Part shown: positions 18,301 to 26,411 of the stretch, piece after piece
How the letters are laid out: every line of letters begins with the position of its first letter
How positions within the stretch are numbered: position 1 is the first letter of the stretch
From: Gemmatimonadales bacterium
GTDB taxonomy: Bacteria; Gemmatimonadota; Gemmatimonadetes; Gemmatimonadales; GWC2-71-9
Assembly (NCBI GenBank): GCA_036522815.1
Contig: DATDFC010000119.1
Coordinates: 2,462 to 66,461 of the forward strand
Reading direction: 5' to 3'
Length of the DNA stretch: 64,000 bases
Program-made: the position numbers and the translations under genes
The notes under the pieces: model-generated
The model's database searches: none
The model's input: the letters and a program-made list of their open reading frames with translations, nothing else
Told to the model about the DNA's origin: nothing

Positions 18301-18690
18301 GGCCAGGGCGGCTGGTATGACGGTCCGGTCGTGGGGCCGGGGGCCGGCGTTGCGGCCCCGATCGGCGAGTACTGGTACCGGGACGTGGCCGGCTGTCCGT
18401 TCGTCGGCATCGACGAGCCCTGCATCGAGGACGCGGGGTTCGTGAAGCTACGCGAGATCTCCCTCACCTACACGCTCGACGCACCGTGGGTGCAGCGCTC
18501 GCTCGGGTTCACGAGCATCGATCTGCGCGTCTCCGGTCGCAATCTCCACACCTGGACCAACTACACCGGCTACGATCCCGAGACGAACCTGGGCGGGGCG
18601 ATCTCAGCGGGATTGGGCGCCGGCGGCGTGGACTATTTCAACAACCCGCAGACGCGCTCGTTCGCGTTTTCGGTCACTCTCAACCACTAG
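15328..18690 (+). CDS. SusC/RagA-family TonB-linked outer-membrane protein
   Basis: ORF trimmed to MRCIVRGWLAATAITLLVAAHAYAQ, with a GAGGAGG RBS. Has a CarboxypepD_reg start (ITGKVTSDAGLPL), a plug (VEILKGPAASAIYGARAA) and a C-terminal ...FSVTLNH. Confidence 0.9.
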   Translation: MRCIVRGWLAATAITLLVAAHAYAQEPVTITGKVTSDAGLPLGQVEVALPTLGLGALTKDDGAYTLVVPGARVSGQTVTLVARRLGYKSQSAQVTLSAGGVTHDFTLAANPLQLGEVVVTGAGTATQTEKLGNVRNNVSSDLIQKAGEANMVQALAGKAPNVTVVQQSGDPGAGSYINIRGTSSILGANQPLFVVDGVPMDNSTFSTSNFLGPEDAGGTLAQAGQTEGTVATNRAADMNPNDIESVEILKGPAASAIYGARAAAGVVLITTKSGRSGPTRFAFRSSSSFNDINHTYPLQTQYGQGTRGIHADTALGGDCDGGAGICARSWGPPIPAGNAFGAPFDHANELYQVGHTYDNGFTVSGGNDRTTFYLSGDYNYDRGVIVGPNDAFSRTTVRVKASHRVADNLKLGGDLAFADTRGKYLQRGNNTNGVQLGFLRSPPDFNNQPYFVITPNGSTQQRSFFGMRHPTDATLGDDRIFDNPFWTIYEAQNSSDVGRVYGNVNAEYLPTSWLKLNYTLGADHAADERLEGCAITSASPCVDGRVIEGKIVTYAIDHNLTATATYTLNPDLGGTLTVGQNLSTRNQRTLGNVGRTLVAPQPFKASNTVARDPVLDQEQVIHDASWFGQGTLDVKSQLYLTAALRNDGSSTFGRSNLRSWFPKGSAAWEFVKAIGATPWLSYGKARVAYGQAGQEPLPYFTSQTLSEALFITGISQGTANTPTQNGLGGMVTRSELKAAPALKPERSKEFEAGLDLGFFKDRADASITWYDKKSTDVILPEPLPVSTGYFAQGSNAASIQNRGWEVSLNVRPLQQADYGWDVGLQWARNRNKVLSLGAGEQFIVIGDFNNQVAMVGQPIGVYLGSGFLRCGVSNGTTNAVPVAGGGSDSLGAVCQGHPRGALYIDPNGFPVQDPDPRIVQDPNYDWTGSIRSSVRYKKIQVSGLLDIRHGGQIWNGTKGALWSYGTHKDTEQRAVCTARTETGCTGNTKVFGQGGWYDGPVVGPGAGVAAPIGEYWYRDVAGCPFVGIDEPCIEDAGFVKLREISLTYTLDAPWVQRSLGFTSIDLRVSGRNLHTWTNYTGYDPETNLGGAISAGLGAGGVDYFNNPQTRSFAFSVTLNH

Positions 18691-18708
18691 CCCCGAGGAG
18701 ACCGCCTT

Positions 18709-20160
18709 ATGCGTCGCAACAAGACTGTCGCGCTCGTGTCACTGGGCCTGCTCCTCGGGACGGCGGGCTGTGACGCGTTCCTCACCGGCAACAAGCTGTC
18801 CGAGAACCCCAATCAGCCGACGGCGGCAGCGATCCAGCCGCTGTTCGTGGGCGTCCAGGCGGGCCAGTTCACGCTCCAGGAAGCCACGGCGGCGATGATG
18901 ACGTGCATGTGGGTGCAGGCCTGCGGCGCGACCAACGGCCGCTTCGTGGAGCAGGCGGGACACTACGTGTTCGGCGAGACCTCCAACACCGCCGCCAACT
19001 TCGGAGACTGGCTCCAGACCTACGGCGGGGGCGGGCTGGTCGACATCCGCCGCGTCAAGGCCCTGGCCCGCGCCGCCGGCGACTCGACCTGGGTGGGCAT
19101 CGCGAAAGTGTGGGAGGCCCTGACGATCGGGACGGCCTCCGACCTGTGGGGGGATATTCCCTATTCCGGCGTCGACACCAGCACGACGAACCCCCCGCTC
19201 GACAGTCGCTTCGCCATCCTGGCGGCGCTCCAGACCCTGCTGGATGAGGCGATCGCGGAGCTGCAGACCGGTGTCGGTCCCGGGCCGGCGATCCGGGACC
19301 TGATCTACGACCCGCTCGGCGATCAGACCGCCGCCGGCCAGCGGGCGCTGTGGCTCCGGGCGGCGTGGACGCTCAAGGCCCGCTATTACATGCACACCGC
19401 CGAGTCGCTGGGGGTACCGGCGTATACCGCCGCCATCGGCGCCGCGCTGCAAGGCATCAACGACCCCTCAGGCGCCGGCGATTTCAAGTCGTTCCACACC
19501 AAGGTCACGGCGGAGCGCAACATGTGGAACCAGTTCCAGACCACGTCCGGGTTCGGTGGTGACCTCGAAGCCGGCAAGGCGCTGGTGGACTATATGAACG
19601 CCCGCAACGATCCGCGGCGCGCCGCCTATTTCTGTCAGAACGCGCTGGGTGGGTACGGCGGCGATGATTTCAACGTCGTGGTCAACGCGGATTCGGTCTC
19701 CAACTTCGCGTGCCTCCCGCCGCGCTTCGCCCCGGATGCGCGCATCCCCTATGTCAGCTACGCCGAGAACGAGCTGATCCTGGCCGAGGCGTATGCCGCC
19801 ACCGGCGACACCGCGAGCGCCCGCGTGCATCTCAACAACCAGCTCGCCACGGTGCCGCTGCCCGCGGTGGCGAGCGGGCTGAGCGCGGCCGCGCTGCGCG
19901 ATACCGTCATGATGGAGAAGTACGTCGCGCTGTTCCAGAATATCGAGACGATCAACGACTACCGCCGCACCTGCATTCCGGCGATCACGCCGGCGACCAA
20001 CGGCCAGGGATTCACCCATGTCCCGGGGCGGCTCTACTACCCGCAGGCGGAGCGCAACACGAACACCAACATCCCCGATCCGAGCGCTCAGCTGGCGACG
20101 CACGGCTTCCGCAACAAGGGGGACGTGCACGCGTGCCAGGGCAGCGACGCGCTTCCATGA
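18709..20160 (+). CDS. SusD/RagB-family nutrient-binding lipoprotein
   Basis: Lipobox LLLGTAGC. Lies immediately downstream of the susC-like gene. SusD-like helical pattern (AEAYAATGD..., EKYVALF). Confidence 0.85.
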   Translation: MRRNKTVALVSLGLLLGTAGCDAFLTGNKLSENPNQPTAAAIQPLFVGVQAGQFTLQEATAAMMTCMWVQACGATNGRFVEQAGHYVFGETSNTAANFGDWLQTYGGGGLVDIRRVKALARAAGDSTWVGIAKVWEALTIGTASDLWGDIPYSGVDTSTTNPPLDSRFAILAALQTLLDEAIAELQTGVGPGPAIRDLIYDPLGDQTAAGQRALWLRAAWTLKARYYMHTAESLGVPAYTAAIGAALQGINDPSGAGDFKSFHTKVTAERNMWNQFQTTSGFGGDLEAGKALVDYMNARNDPRRAAYFCQNALGGYGGDDFNVVVNADSVSNFACLPPRFAPDARIPYVSYAENELILAEAYAATGDTASARVHLNNQLATVPLPAVASGLSAAALRDTVMMEKYVALFQNIETINDYRRTCIPAITPATNGQGFTHVPGRLYYPQAERNTNTNIPDPSAQLATHGFRNKGDVHACQGSDALP

Positions 20161-20603
20161 GCCGATGGTCGATCGTGGTCGTGGTGCTCGGCGCGGGGAC
20201 GGGGTGCTACGACTACCACCCGCTCACGACGCCGAGCCCCGACCCGGGCAGCTACGTGGCGGCCACGCTCACGGAGGCAGGCTCGGCCGATCTGGCGCGT
20301 TACGTGGGGCCGGAGGTGTTCGTGGTGCGGGGGCGCTATCTCGGCATGGGCGACGCCGGGCTCCTCGTGTCCGTGTCGTCAGTGGAGCTCAAGCGCGGCA
20401 CCGAGGTGTCGTGGGCGGGTGAGACGATCGTGCTGCCACGCGCTGCGGTCGCAGCGGTCGATGTGAGGCGCTTGGCGAAGGGCCGCACGGTCCTGCTCGC
20501 GGGTGCGGGCGCAGGCGGCCTGGTGTTCACGACGCTGGCATTCTCGCTAGTCGGGAGCAGCTACGCCGTCGTGGCGGGAGGCGGCCACTCAGGCAAGCAT
20601 TAG
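20157..20603 (+). CDS. lipoprotein, hypothetical (148 aa)
   Basis: The ATG overlaps the susD-like stop (ATGA). Lipobox VLGAGTGC. Confidence 0.55.
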   Translation: MSRWSIVVVVLGAGTGCYDYHPLTTPSPDPGSYVAATLTEAGSADLARYVGPEVFVVRGRYLGMGDAGLLVSVSSVELKRGTEVSWAGETIVLPRAAVAAVDVRRLAKGRTVLLAGAGAGGLVFTTLAFSLVGSSYAVVAGGGHSGKH

Positions 20604-20843
20604 GCGCTTCGCGGCCACGAACTGGGCGATGCGACGCACGGTGCGAAAGTCGTCGATCTCGAGCTCGTCGAACGCGAGGCGGAAGCCGAACTGCTCTTCC
20701 AGGATCGCGAGCAGCTTGACGAACAGCAGCGAGTCGACCACGCCGGCTTGAAACAGGTCCAAGTCCGGCGATGGCACCTCGACCTCGAGCCGCTCCGCGA
20801 ACAGCCGCGTGATGCTGGTTTCGAGCTCTTGCGCCTCAGTCAT
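20589..20843 (-). CDS. acyl/peptidyl carrier protein
   Basis: ORF trimmed to MTEAQELETSI. Contains the phosphopantetheine Ser motif GVVDSLLFVKLL. 84 aa. Confidence 0.8.
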   Translation of the reverse strand: MTEAQELETSITRLFAERLEVEVPSPDLDLFQAGVVDSLLFVKLLAILEEQFGFRLAFDELEIDDFRTVRRIAQFVAAKRLMLA

Positions 20844-21345
20844 CGGGTACGTGCTCCGTCGCCAGCAGGTCGTACAGCAGTCGGTCGTACGGCTTGCCGT
20901 CGATCCAATGGCAGCGCCGCTGGCGTCCAATGAAGCGGAAGTGCAGGTGCTCGAGCGCGCGCCGCGACGGCACGTTGATCTCCACGGTCCATGCGCCGAC
21001 CGCTTCGAGCCCCAGCTCCTGGAAACCATACGTCAGGATGCGGGACGCGGCGCGCCGCGCGAAGCCGCCATGGCGCTTGCGTCCCAGCACGGCCCACAGC
21101 GATCCGGCCGTTTTGAAACGGCGATCCACGTTCGACAGGCCCACCACGCCGATCGGCAGGTCGCTGTCGTCCGGCGTGAACACGCGCAGCACATGCAGAT
21201 CCCGCTGCGTCATGACCTTGAGCGACACCGCCGTGGGAGCGAGGATGCCGTTCCCGAAGTCCAACCACTTGGAATTCTCCTCCCGCCCGAGCCAGCTCGC
21301 GACGAGCTCGATCAACTCGGGATTGTCGAGCGGCAACAGCTTCAT
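20836..21345 (-). CDS. GNAT-family N-acetyltransferase
   Basis: ORF trimmed to MKLLPLDNPE. GNAT motif A region RKRHGGFARRAASRILTYGF. Its 3' end overlaps the ACP start by 8 nt. Confidence 0.8.
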   Translation of the reverse strand: MKLLPLDNPELIELVASWLGREENSKWLDFGNGILAPTAVSLKVMTQRDLHVLRVFTPDDSDLPIGVVGLSNVDRRFKTAGSLWAVLGRKRHGGFARRAASRILTYGFQELGLEAVGAWTVEINVPSRRALEHLHFRFIGRQRRCHWIDGKPYDRLLYDLLATEHVPDD

Positions 21346-21521
21346 ATCGGGCGTAACCTCGCAGGGTTCGGGCCATGCTGGCCGTTTGCCCGACGCGTCG
21401 TAAGTGCGCCACGCGCTTGCGCAACGCGGCGATTGTGGCGGAGCGGCAACAGGCGGGACGCACCAACCTGGGTCGGTGCGTTGAACCACTATGCAGCGAG
21501 GCGGGGCAGAAACGGGCCGGC

Positions 21522-21782
21522 TCAGCTCTGCGCGGCGGCCCGTCGTTCGGCGATGTAGGCGGCGATGGCGGCGAGCGAACGGAAGTGCTCGACTTCCACG
21601 TCGTCCAGCTCGACGCGGAGCCCGAAGCGCTTCTCGAGCTGTACCAGCAGCTCCACGAACCCCACCGAGTCGAGCCGTCCGGTCGCCAGCAGGTCGGTGT
21701 CCGGCGACGGGACTTCGACACCGAGCCGCTTGGTGAACAGCGTCGTCAGCTCGGCCTGCAGGGAATCGGTCACCAGCGTCAT
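21522..21782 (-). CDS. acyl/peptidyl carrier protein (paralogue of 20589..20843)
   Basis: GRLDSVGFVELL Ser motif. 86 aa. The start overlaps the stop of the adenylation enzyme (4 nt). Confidence 0.8.
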   Translation of the reverse strand: MTLVTDSLQAELTTLFTKRLGVEVPSPDTDLLATGRLDSVGFVELLVQLEKRFGLRVELDDVEVEHFRSLAAIAAYIAERRAAAQS

Positions 21783-23419
21783 GGCGTGCTCACCGCCTCC
21801 GGGGCGAACAGCTCCTTGAGCCGACGACGATCGATCTTGCCGTTGCTGGTCTTGGGCAGCTCTTCGAACGCGAGCCAGCGGGACGGCAGCATGTACGACG
21901 GCAGCGCCTGCGCCACAGCTTCGCGCAGCGAGGCCGGCGTGACCGCCGTGCCCTTCTCAACGGCCGGCACGTACGCGCAGCAGATGGCGACACCATCGAA
22001 GTCCTGAGTAGCGACGCCCACGACAGCGCATTCGCGCAGCGTTCCGAGCGCGTGCAGGGCCGTCTCGATCTCTCCCAGCTCCACCCGGTAGCCACGCGTC
22101 TTGATCTGCGAATCGGCCCGCCCGAGGAAGCGCACCAGGCCATCCGCCCCGACGCTCGCGAGGTCGCCGGTGCGGTAGACGCGGTCGCCCGGCATCGCGC
22201 TTCCCGGGTAGGGCAAGAACGCCGCGCGCGTCTTCTCGGGGTCGCGCCAGTACCCGGGAGAAAGTCCCGCGCCCCGGATGTAGAGGTCTCCCACCTCGCC
22301 CGCGGGCACCGGCCGGAGTGCTTCGTCCAGCACCAGCAGCTCCTCGCCGCCGCACGCGCGCCCGATGGGGATCGTCTCGTCCTCGCTCGCGGGGCAGGCT
22401 GGTAGCGTGTAATAGCTGCTGGCGATCGTGGCTTCGGTGGGGCCGTACAGGTTGGTGAACGTGGCGTGCGGCACGCGCTGCATCCAGTAGATCAGCGCCG
22501 GGGTGGGGAACACCTCGCCGCACCACAGCACGCGCTTGAGCGACGGGAAGTCGCCCTGTTTCACCACGGCGAACTTCGCCATGTAGTTCAACGCCGAGGG
22601 GACCGAGAACCACTGCGTCAGCTGCGCCCGGCGAATCAGCTCCGCGAGCTTGTGGGGCAGCAGGTTCAGCTCCGGCGGCACGAGGTGGAGCTCGGCGCCG
22701 GCCGCGAACGTCCCGAACATGTCGAATGTTGACAGGTCGAAATGGAGCGGCGGATGCGCCGAGATGCGGTCGCTGGCCGTCGTGCCGAAGTAGGGCACCG
22801 CCCACTCGATGAAGCAGCGCACGTTGGCGTGCGTGATCATCACGCCCTTGGGCGTCCCGGTCGATCCCGACGTAAAGAGGATGTGCGCGCCGTCACTCGC
22901 GCTGTTCTGGTAGGCCAGGGGCTCGGCCGAGTAGCCCGCCAGGTCGGCCGCGGCAAACTGCGGCTCCACGCCGCGCGGCGGCGGCGTGGCGTCGAGCCAC
23001 CCGACCGCGTGGGTCCGCGCGAACTCGGGGGAGGCGAACAGCCGCTCGAGCGTGGGGCCGACGGCGCCACCCGCCAGGATCCAGCGATTGTCGCACGCGG
23101 CGATCATCTTCTCGGCGCGCGCGACGGGACTGCCGGGGTCGAGGGGCACGTACATCGCGTCGGCCTTGAGCGCCGCGAGGATGGCGACGATCGTCTCCGG
23201 CGACTTGGGGCTCAGCAGGCATACCCGGTCGCCGCGCGCACAGCCGGCGTCCTTGAGGAGGCGCGCCAGCCGGTTGCTTTGGGCCTCGAGCTCGCCGTAC
23301 GTGACGCGCCGCTCCTGAAACACGAGCGCCCCGGCGTCGGGGCGCCGGCTCGCCTGCTCGGTCACCCACTCCTGCAGCAGGCCACTCACGGCGTCACGCG
23401 AGCCGCGGCACGCTCGCAT
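21779..23419 (-). CDS. stand-alone amino-acid adenylation enzyme (AMP-dependent ligase, DltA-like)
   Basis: A-domain core motifs LFTSGSTGTPKGV, YGPTE, YRTGD, GRADSQIKTRGYRVELGEIE and NGKIDR. The exact start is uncertain, because 23419 overlaps the upstream gene by 34 nt. Confidence 0.85.
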   Translation of the reverse strand: MRACRGSRDAVSGLLQEWVTEQASRRPDAGALVFQERRVTYGELEAQSNRLARLLKDAGCARGDRVCLLSPKSPETIVAILAALKADAMYVPLDPGSPVARAEKMIAACDNRWILAGGAVGPTLERLFASPEFARTHAVGWLDATPPPRGVEPQFAAADLAGYSAEPLAYQNSASDGAHILFTSGSTGTPKGVMITHANVRCFIEWAVPYFGTTASDRISAHPPLHFDLSTFDMFGTFAAGAELHLVPPELNLLPHKLAELIRRAQLTQWFSVPSALNYMAKFAVVKQGDFPSLKRVLWCGEVFPTPALIYWMQRVPHATFTNLYGPTEATIASSYYTLPACPASEDETIPIGRACGGEELLVLDEALRPVPAGEVGDLYIRGAGLSPGYWRDPEKTRAAFLPYPGSAMPGDRVYRTGDLASVGADGLVRFLGRADSQIKTRGYRVELGEIETALHALGTLRECAVVGVATQDFDGVAICCAYVPAVEKGTAVTPASLREAVAQALPSYMLPSRWLAFEELPKTSNGKIDRRRLKELFAPEAVSTP

Positions 23420-24417
23420 ACCACGCCGATGTGCTCCAACTCCTCCGGGCTGGCCGGCACGTCGAGGATGATCGTGCGGTAGCCCACACCGACATAGCGT
23501 GCCACCTCGTCGGCCACCCGCTCATAGCTCCCGACCAGGTACGGGCAGAACGTCTTGTAGTTTTCGAACGGCAGCATCCAGTAGGGTTGCTCGGCGTCCC
23601 CACCTGTCGTGGTCTCGCCGATCTTCGACAGCTGCTTGTGCCATTCCGAATCGGACACCTTCATCGCCAGCTGGTGAGTGAGCTGGCCCTTGCGGTCCTC
23701 CGGGAAGCGGGCGCGCGCTACCGCCCACGCCTCGGCCGCGTCCTCGCGCGCGATGATCCCGATGCGGATACCGAGGGCGGCGGCGTCGATCTGGGGCCCC
23801 GCCTCGTACTCCGAGACCGGCTTGGGGTAGCGCACCGCGAGGGCGCCGAGCTGCCGGGCCGCTGCCAACCCCGCCTCAGACGATCCCGAGACGAACACCC
23901 CCGGCTTGAGGGCGGGATCGAGCGGCGGTGTCATCTTCACGTTGGTGACACGGTAATAGCGCCCGTCCAGCGTCACCGGCTTCGGGCTGCCGAGCAGCTG
24001 CATGATGAGCCCGGTGTACTCAACCAGCCGGGTGTAGCGCTCGTCGTGCGGCGTGCGATCGTCCAGCGCTTCGAGATCGTTCTTGAAGCCGCCCGCCACC
24101 ATGTTGAGATAGATGCGGCGCCCGTGCAGGAACGCGAGGGTGGCGACCATCTTGGCCACGCTATAGGGATGCATGTACACCGGCTGGACCGCCACCAGCG
24201 GGCAGAGCCGGTGCGTGTGGGTGATGACGTCCTGCGCGATGAGCCACGGGTCGACCAGCCCGTTGTCCGTGTACACGAGGATCCCCTCGCACCCGGCGGC
24301 GTCGCTCCAGCGGGCGATGTCCAGCACCTCCCGCCGGTAGACCAGGGGGGAGGCCGTGTATGACGGCGGGCAGGTCGCGAATACCTTCAATCCGGACTCG
24401 ATGAGTCGAGTGGTCAT
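23386..24417 (-). CDS. LLM-class (luciferase-like) flavin-dependent oxidoreductase
   Basis: 343 aa. SsuD/luciferase-like pattern (KVFATCPPS, ILVYTDNGLVDPW, YLNMVAGG). Confidence 0.75.
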   Translation of the reverse strand: MTTRLIESGLKVFATCPPSYTASPLVYRREVLDIARWSDAAGCEGILVYTDNGLVDPWLIAQDVITHTHRLCPLVAVQPVYMHPYSVAKMVATLAFLHGRRIYLNMVAGGFKNDLEALDDRTPHDERYTRLVEYTGLIMQLLGSPKPVTLDGRYYRVTNVKMTPPLDPALKPGVFVSGSSEAGLAAARQLGALAVRYPKPVSEYEAGPQIDAAALGIRIGIIAREDAAEAWAVARARFPEDRKGQLTHQLAMKVSDSEWHKQLSKIGETTTGGDAEQPYWMLPFENYKTFCPYLVGSYERVADEVARYVGVGYRTIILDVPASPEELEHIGVVCERAAARVTP

Positions 24418-24626
24418 GCTACCTCATCAGCCTGACGTGGGAAGCGTGCGACGGTCGCCCGCACCCTGTGCAAGAAGCGGGCTGTTTTCCGCCCCGGCGG
24501 TCCGTCGGCGACGTGTGGCGTGCGCGCAACGTCATGCTGCGACAGAACCCTACCGTGGCATCGCGTACGGTTTTTGCGGCTCCCCCGCCCGTCTCCTGAC
24601 TCGAACGCTCACCGAAGGACCCTCGG

Positions 24627-26411
24627 TTGAATATCCTCGGCATCAGCGGGTTCGAAGGCTCCATCCCTTTCAAGCGGGCGCGCTGGCCCAACTTGGACGA
24701 GCGTGAGTACCGCATCTCCCAGGGGCACGACTCGGCGGCGGCGCTGGTGGTGGACGGGACCGTGGTCGCGGCCGTGGCCGAAGAGCGGATCAGTCGCCGC
24801 AAGCACACGGGGGACTTTCCCAAGGGCGCGATCGCCTACTGCCTCGAGGAGGCCGGTCTTGCCATCGAGGACGTCCACGAGCTGGTGCACGGCTTCGACT
24901 ATGCCCCGTACCGCGGTGTGTATGCGCTGGACCCGGTATCGCACGATCTGTATCGCGATGTGTACTCGCACGAGGCCTTACTGGCGCTCGTGGCGCGTGA
25001 TTGTCCGGGCTTCCCCGCGGAGCGGGTGCGTCATGTCGCGCACCACGCGGCGCACGCGGCCAGCGCGTACTACACGTCGGGATGGGACGAGTGTCTCGTC
25101 ATCGTGATCGACGGCATGGGCGAGGCCCAGAGCGCGAGCGTGTATCACGCGCGCGACGGCAACCTCGACCGCATCTTTCAGATCGGCGCGCCCGACTCGA
25201 TCGGCATCCTGTACTCCGTCGTGACGCTGCACCTGGGATTCGACTTCAACGCCGACGAGTACAAGATCATGGGGCTCGCGCCCTACGGGGACCCGGAGCG
25301 GTTCTGCCGGTTCTTCGAAGAGGCGGTGGAGCTCGAGCCCGACGGGGGGATCCGGATCCCGCTGCTCCGGGTCAACCGGACGCGGGAGGAGCGCGAGCAC
25401 TATCTCGCGACGCGCGCCCGTCTCACCGAGGGTCTGGTGCCGCCGCGCCATCCCGACGCCGAGATCGGCGACGTGCACCGGGACGTGGCCGCCGGGCTGC
25501 AGGCGTGTCTGGACCGGGCCATGCTGCACCTGTGCGGGCGGTTCGCGGAGACGACGGGGCTGCGCCGGCTCGCGCTGGCTGGCGGCGTGGCGCTCAATTG
25601 CACCGCCAACGGCAAGCTGCTCTGCTCGGGGACGTTCGACGACATCTACGTGCAGCCCGCGGCGGGTGACGACGGCACCGCGCTGGGCGCCGCGCTGTGG
25701 CGGGCCGCCGAGCTGGGCGATGCCAAGAACGAGCGCTTCCCGGTACCGTTCCTGGGGCCGGGCTACGGCGGACCGGCGATCGACGCCGCGGTCGCCGCGT
25801 ACCGCGATCGCCTCGAGGTGACGCGTTTCACGACCCTAGGCGAGGCGTGTGCGGAGGCGGCGCGTCTCATTGCGGCGGGCCGGGTCGTCGCGTGGTACCG
25901 GGGCCGCATGGAGTTCGGGCCGCGCGCCCTCGGGCACCGCAGCATCCTCGCCGATCCGGGCCACCCCGGGATGCGAGATCGCATCAACGCCATGGTGAAG
26001 ATGCGAGAGGCGTTCCGGCCGTTCGCCCCCGCCGTCTCGATCGAGGAAGTGGATCGCTGGTTCGAGGTGGCGCCCGGGACCGAGCTGCCGTTCATGATCA
26101 TGACCGTGGACGTACGCCCGGAGCATCGCGCCGCCCTGCCGGCCATCACGCACGTGAACGGCTCCGCTCGCGTACAAACGGTGGCGGCGCGCGACAACCC
26201 GGAGTTTCACGAGCTGCTGCGGGCCGTCGGAAAGACCACCGGTCGGGAGATGGTCCTGAACACGAGCTTCAACGTCAAAGGACAGCCGATCGTCAACACG
26301 CCCCGCGAGGCGCTCGACACGTTTCTCGGGACGGGTATCGAGTTCCTGTTCCTCGAGAATACGCTCGTGCGCCGGAACCCCGGGCTTGCGCCCGGGGTCA
26401 GTCGGGGCTAG
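24627..26411 (+). CDS. carbamoyltransferase (NodU/CmcH family)
   Basis: TTG start, MNILGISGFEG...HDSAAALVVDG...AEERISRRKH. The C-terminal domain carries HVNGSARVQTV and the NTSFN motif. Confidence 0.9.
   Translation: MNILGISGFEGSIPFKRARWPNLDEREYRISQGHDSAAALVVDGTVVAAVAEERISRRKHTGDFPKGAIAYCLEEAGLAIEDVHELVHGFDYAPYRGVYALDPVSHDLYRDVYSHEALLALVARDCPGFPAERVRHVAHHAAHAASAYYTSGWDECLVIVIDGMGEAQSASVYHARDGNLDRIFQIGAPDSIGILYSVVTLHLGFDFNADEYKIMGLAPYGDPERFCRFFEEAVELEPDGGIRIPLLRVNRTREEREHYLATRARLTEGLVPPRHPDAEIGDVHRDVAAGLQACLDRAMLHLCGRFAETTGLRRLALAGGVALNCTANGKLLCSGTFDDIYVQPAAGDDGTALGAALWRAAELGDAKNERFPVPFLGPGYGGPAIDAAVAAYRDRLEVTRFTTLGEACAEAARLIAAGRVVAWYRGRMEFGPRALGHRSILADPGHPGMRDRINAMVKMREAFRPFAPAVSIEEVDRWFEVAPGTELPFMIMTVDVRPEHRAALPAITHVNGSARVQTVAARDNPEFHELLRAVGKTTGREMVLNTSFNVKGQPIVNTPREALDTFLGTGIEFLFLENTLVRRNPGLAPGVSRG
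26377..26403. repeat. 27-nt GC hairpin element, copy A (ACCCCGGGCTTGCGCCCGGGGTCAGTC)
   Basis: Stem CCCCGGGC/GCCCGGGG with a TTGC loop. It sits at the convergent 3' ends of the carbamoyltransferase and amt genes and is identical to 61586-61612. Confidence 0.8.
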
